In this document: positions 63,062 to 64,000 of the stretch, one piece after another
Numbering within the stretch: the first letter of the stretch is position 1
How the letters are laid out: each line of letters opens with the position of its first letter
Source: Macrostomum hystrix
Lineage: Eukaryota > Animalia > Platyhelminthes
Direction of reading: 5' to 3'
DNA length: 64,000 bases
NCBI GenBank assembly: GCA_950097015.1
Contig: CATNEN010000003.1
Coordinates: 15,252,001 to 15,316,000 of the forward strand
The notes under the pieces: model-generated
What the model was told of the DNA's origin: nothing
What the model saw: only the letters and a program-made list of their open reading frames with translations
The model's database searches: none
Program-made: the position numbers and the translations under genes

Positions 63062-63534
63062 CTAAAATTTGTTTTAAATAACAAGTAATCTTAGTAAAAG
63101 CATGAAATAAATGTATTTTACCCAAGAAATTTAAGCACTAAGCAACCCAATACCTTTTTGAGAGTTAGAAAATACTTTGTAGCTTACTTTTTTTATTTTT
63201 TTTTCTGCATATATTTTTATCAGTGATGCTTTAATACTGATCGATTTAATGCAGTGATGACTGATCAGTATTATAACTTTATAACCATAAAAGTATGTTT
63301 TATTAACTTAGATTTTACTAGAACTATGGATTGCAGACTTAAAGCATATTTTTTATAAAAATACATCTGCAACCTAGATGTGATATTATTCTTTCTTTCT
63401 AGTTTATGTCATAAATTTATAAATTAGAAGATGTCACTCAAAAAGTATATTTCGCTAAATGGCTAACAACTAGATTTCTACAGACTACAAGCAAGTAAAT
63501 GATGTAAACTGAACTTAATAAACTGAAAATCCGC

Positions 63535-63920
63535 AACTTTTTGTAAATATGTTGTTTTAATACATATAAATTGCATAAATTTGTTTTAATGTGAAAATAT
63601 ATTGTTTAAATGTGCTATAATTATTTTGTTTAAAAGGATACATTTTTAGTATAAATAAAGGAGCAAAATTGAGGGAAAAACTAACCTTTATCAAGGCAGT
63701 TCGAAACAAAGTTTGTATACAATACTCAGAATTGTGTTCTTTCATTCTTTATAAAACATACAGAGACAAATACTAAGAAATTTTCAAGAGAGAGAGAGAA
63801 ATAGAAAGTATTGCTGTACTACACTTGAGATTATTGGTAATGCTCTTTGGAAAGCTTATACTCAGAAATACATACATACGGTAAAGTAATCGGCTTGAAT
63901 AACTAAATACACTACCTAGA
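63535..63920 (-). repeat. Dispersed repeat homologous to the interior of the 10898-12150 element (11305-11690)
   Basis: Reverse strand aligns by eye: gtatttctgagtata.gctttccaaagagc.ttaccaat...aagaatgaaagaacac.attctgagta...aaggttagtttt. Confidence 0.8.
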
Positions 63921-64000
63921 CTGGCAATTTTCGACTTTCCCGCTCTAAATTATTTTACACATTTTTTCAGCTGATCCTGGCTGGCCAACCACAGGCACCA

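Overview
Eukaryotic, intron-containing animal genomic DNA. The Q/G/A-rich proteins and heavy minisatellite load resemble a free-living flatworm such as Macrostomum, but that assignment is inference only. The left ~15 kb is a cluster of CACTA/EnSpm-type (CMC) DNA transposons. Element A (<1-8424, minus) carries an uninterrupted DDE transposase ORF that runs off the window edge (absent from the ORF track) and a spliced 6-exon BEN-domain accessory gene. Element B (8607-15126; CCCTAGT termini, TA target duplication) is internally deleted, keeps only a transposase C-terminal exon and holds two nested 8-bp-TSD elements. Next come a frameshifted class-A GPCR fragment, an intron-containing tRNA-Leu(CAA), a self-nesting MITE cluster and a 1002-aa low-complexity protein. 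Four recognisable host genes follow: syntaxin-6 (-), CSPP1 (+, 8 exons), an ANKRD63-like ankyrin gene (-) and TTC13 (-, 13 visible exons including a candidate 12-nt microexon). The most striking large-scale pattern is that, from ~28 kb onward, most introns and gene-flanking gaps are filled by their own 14-43 bp minisatellite, while the CpG-poor 5' introns of TTC13 stay minimal (78-89 nt). All exon models and family calls were made by eye, without database searches.
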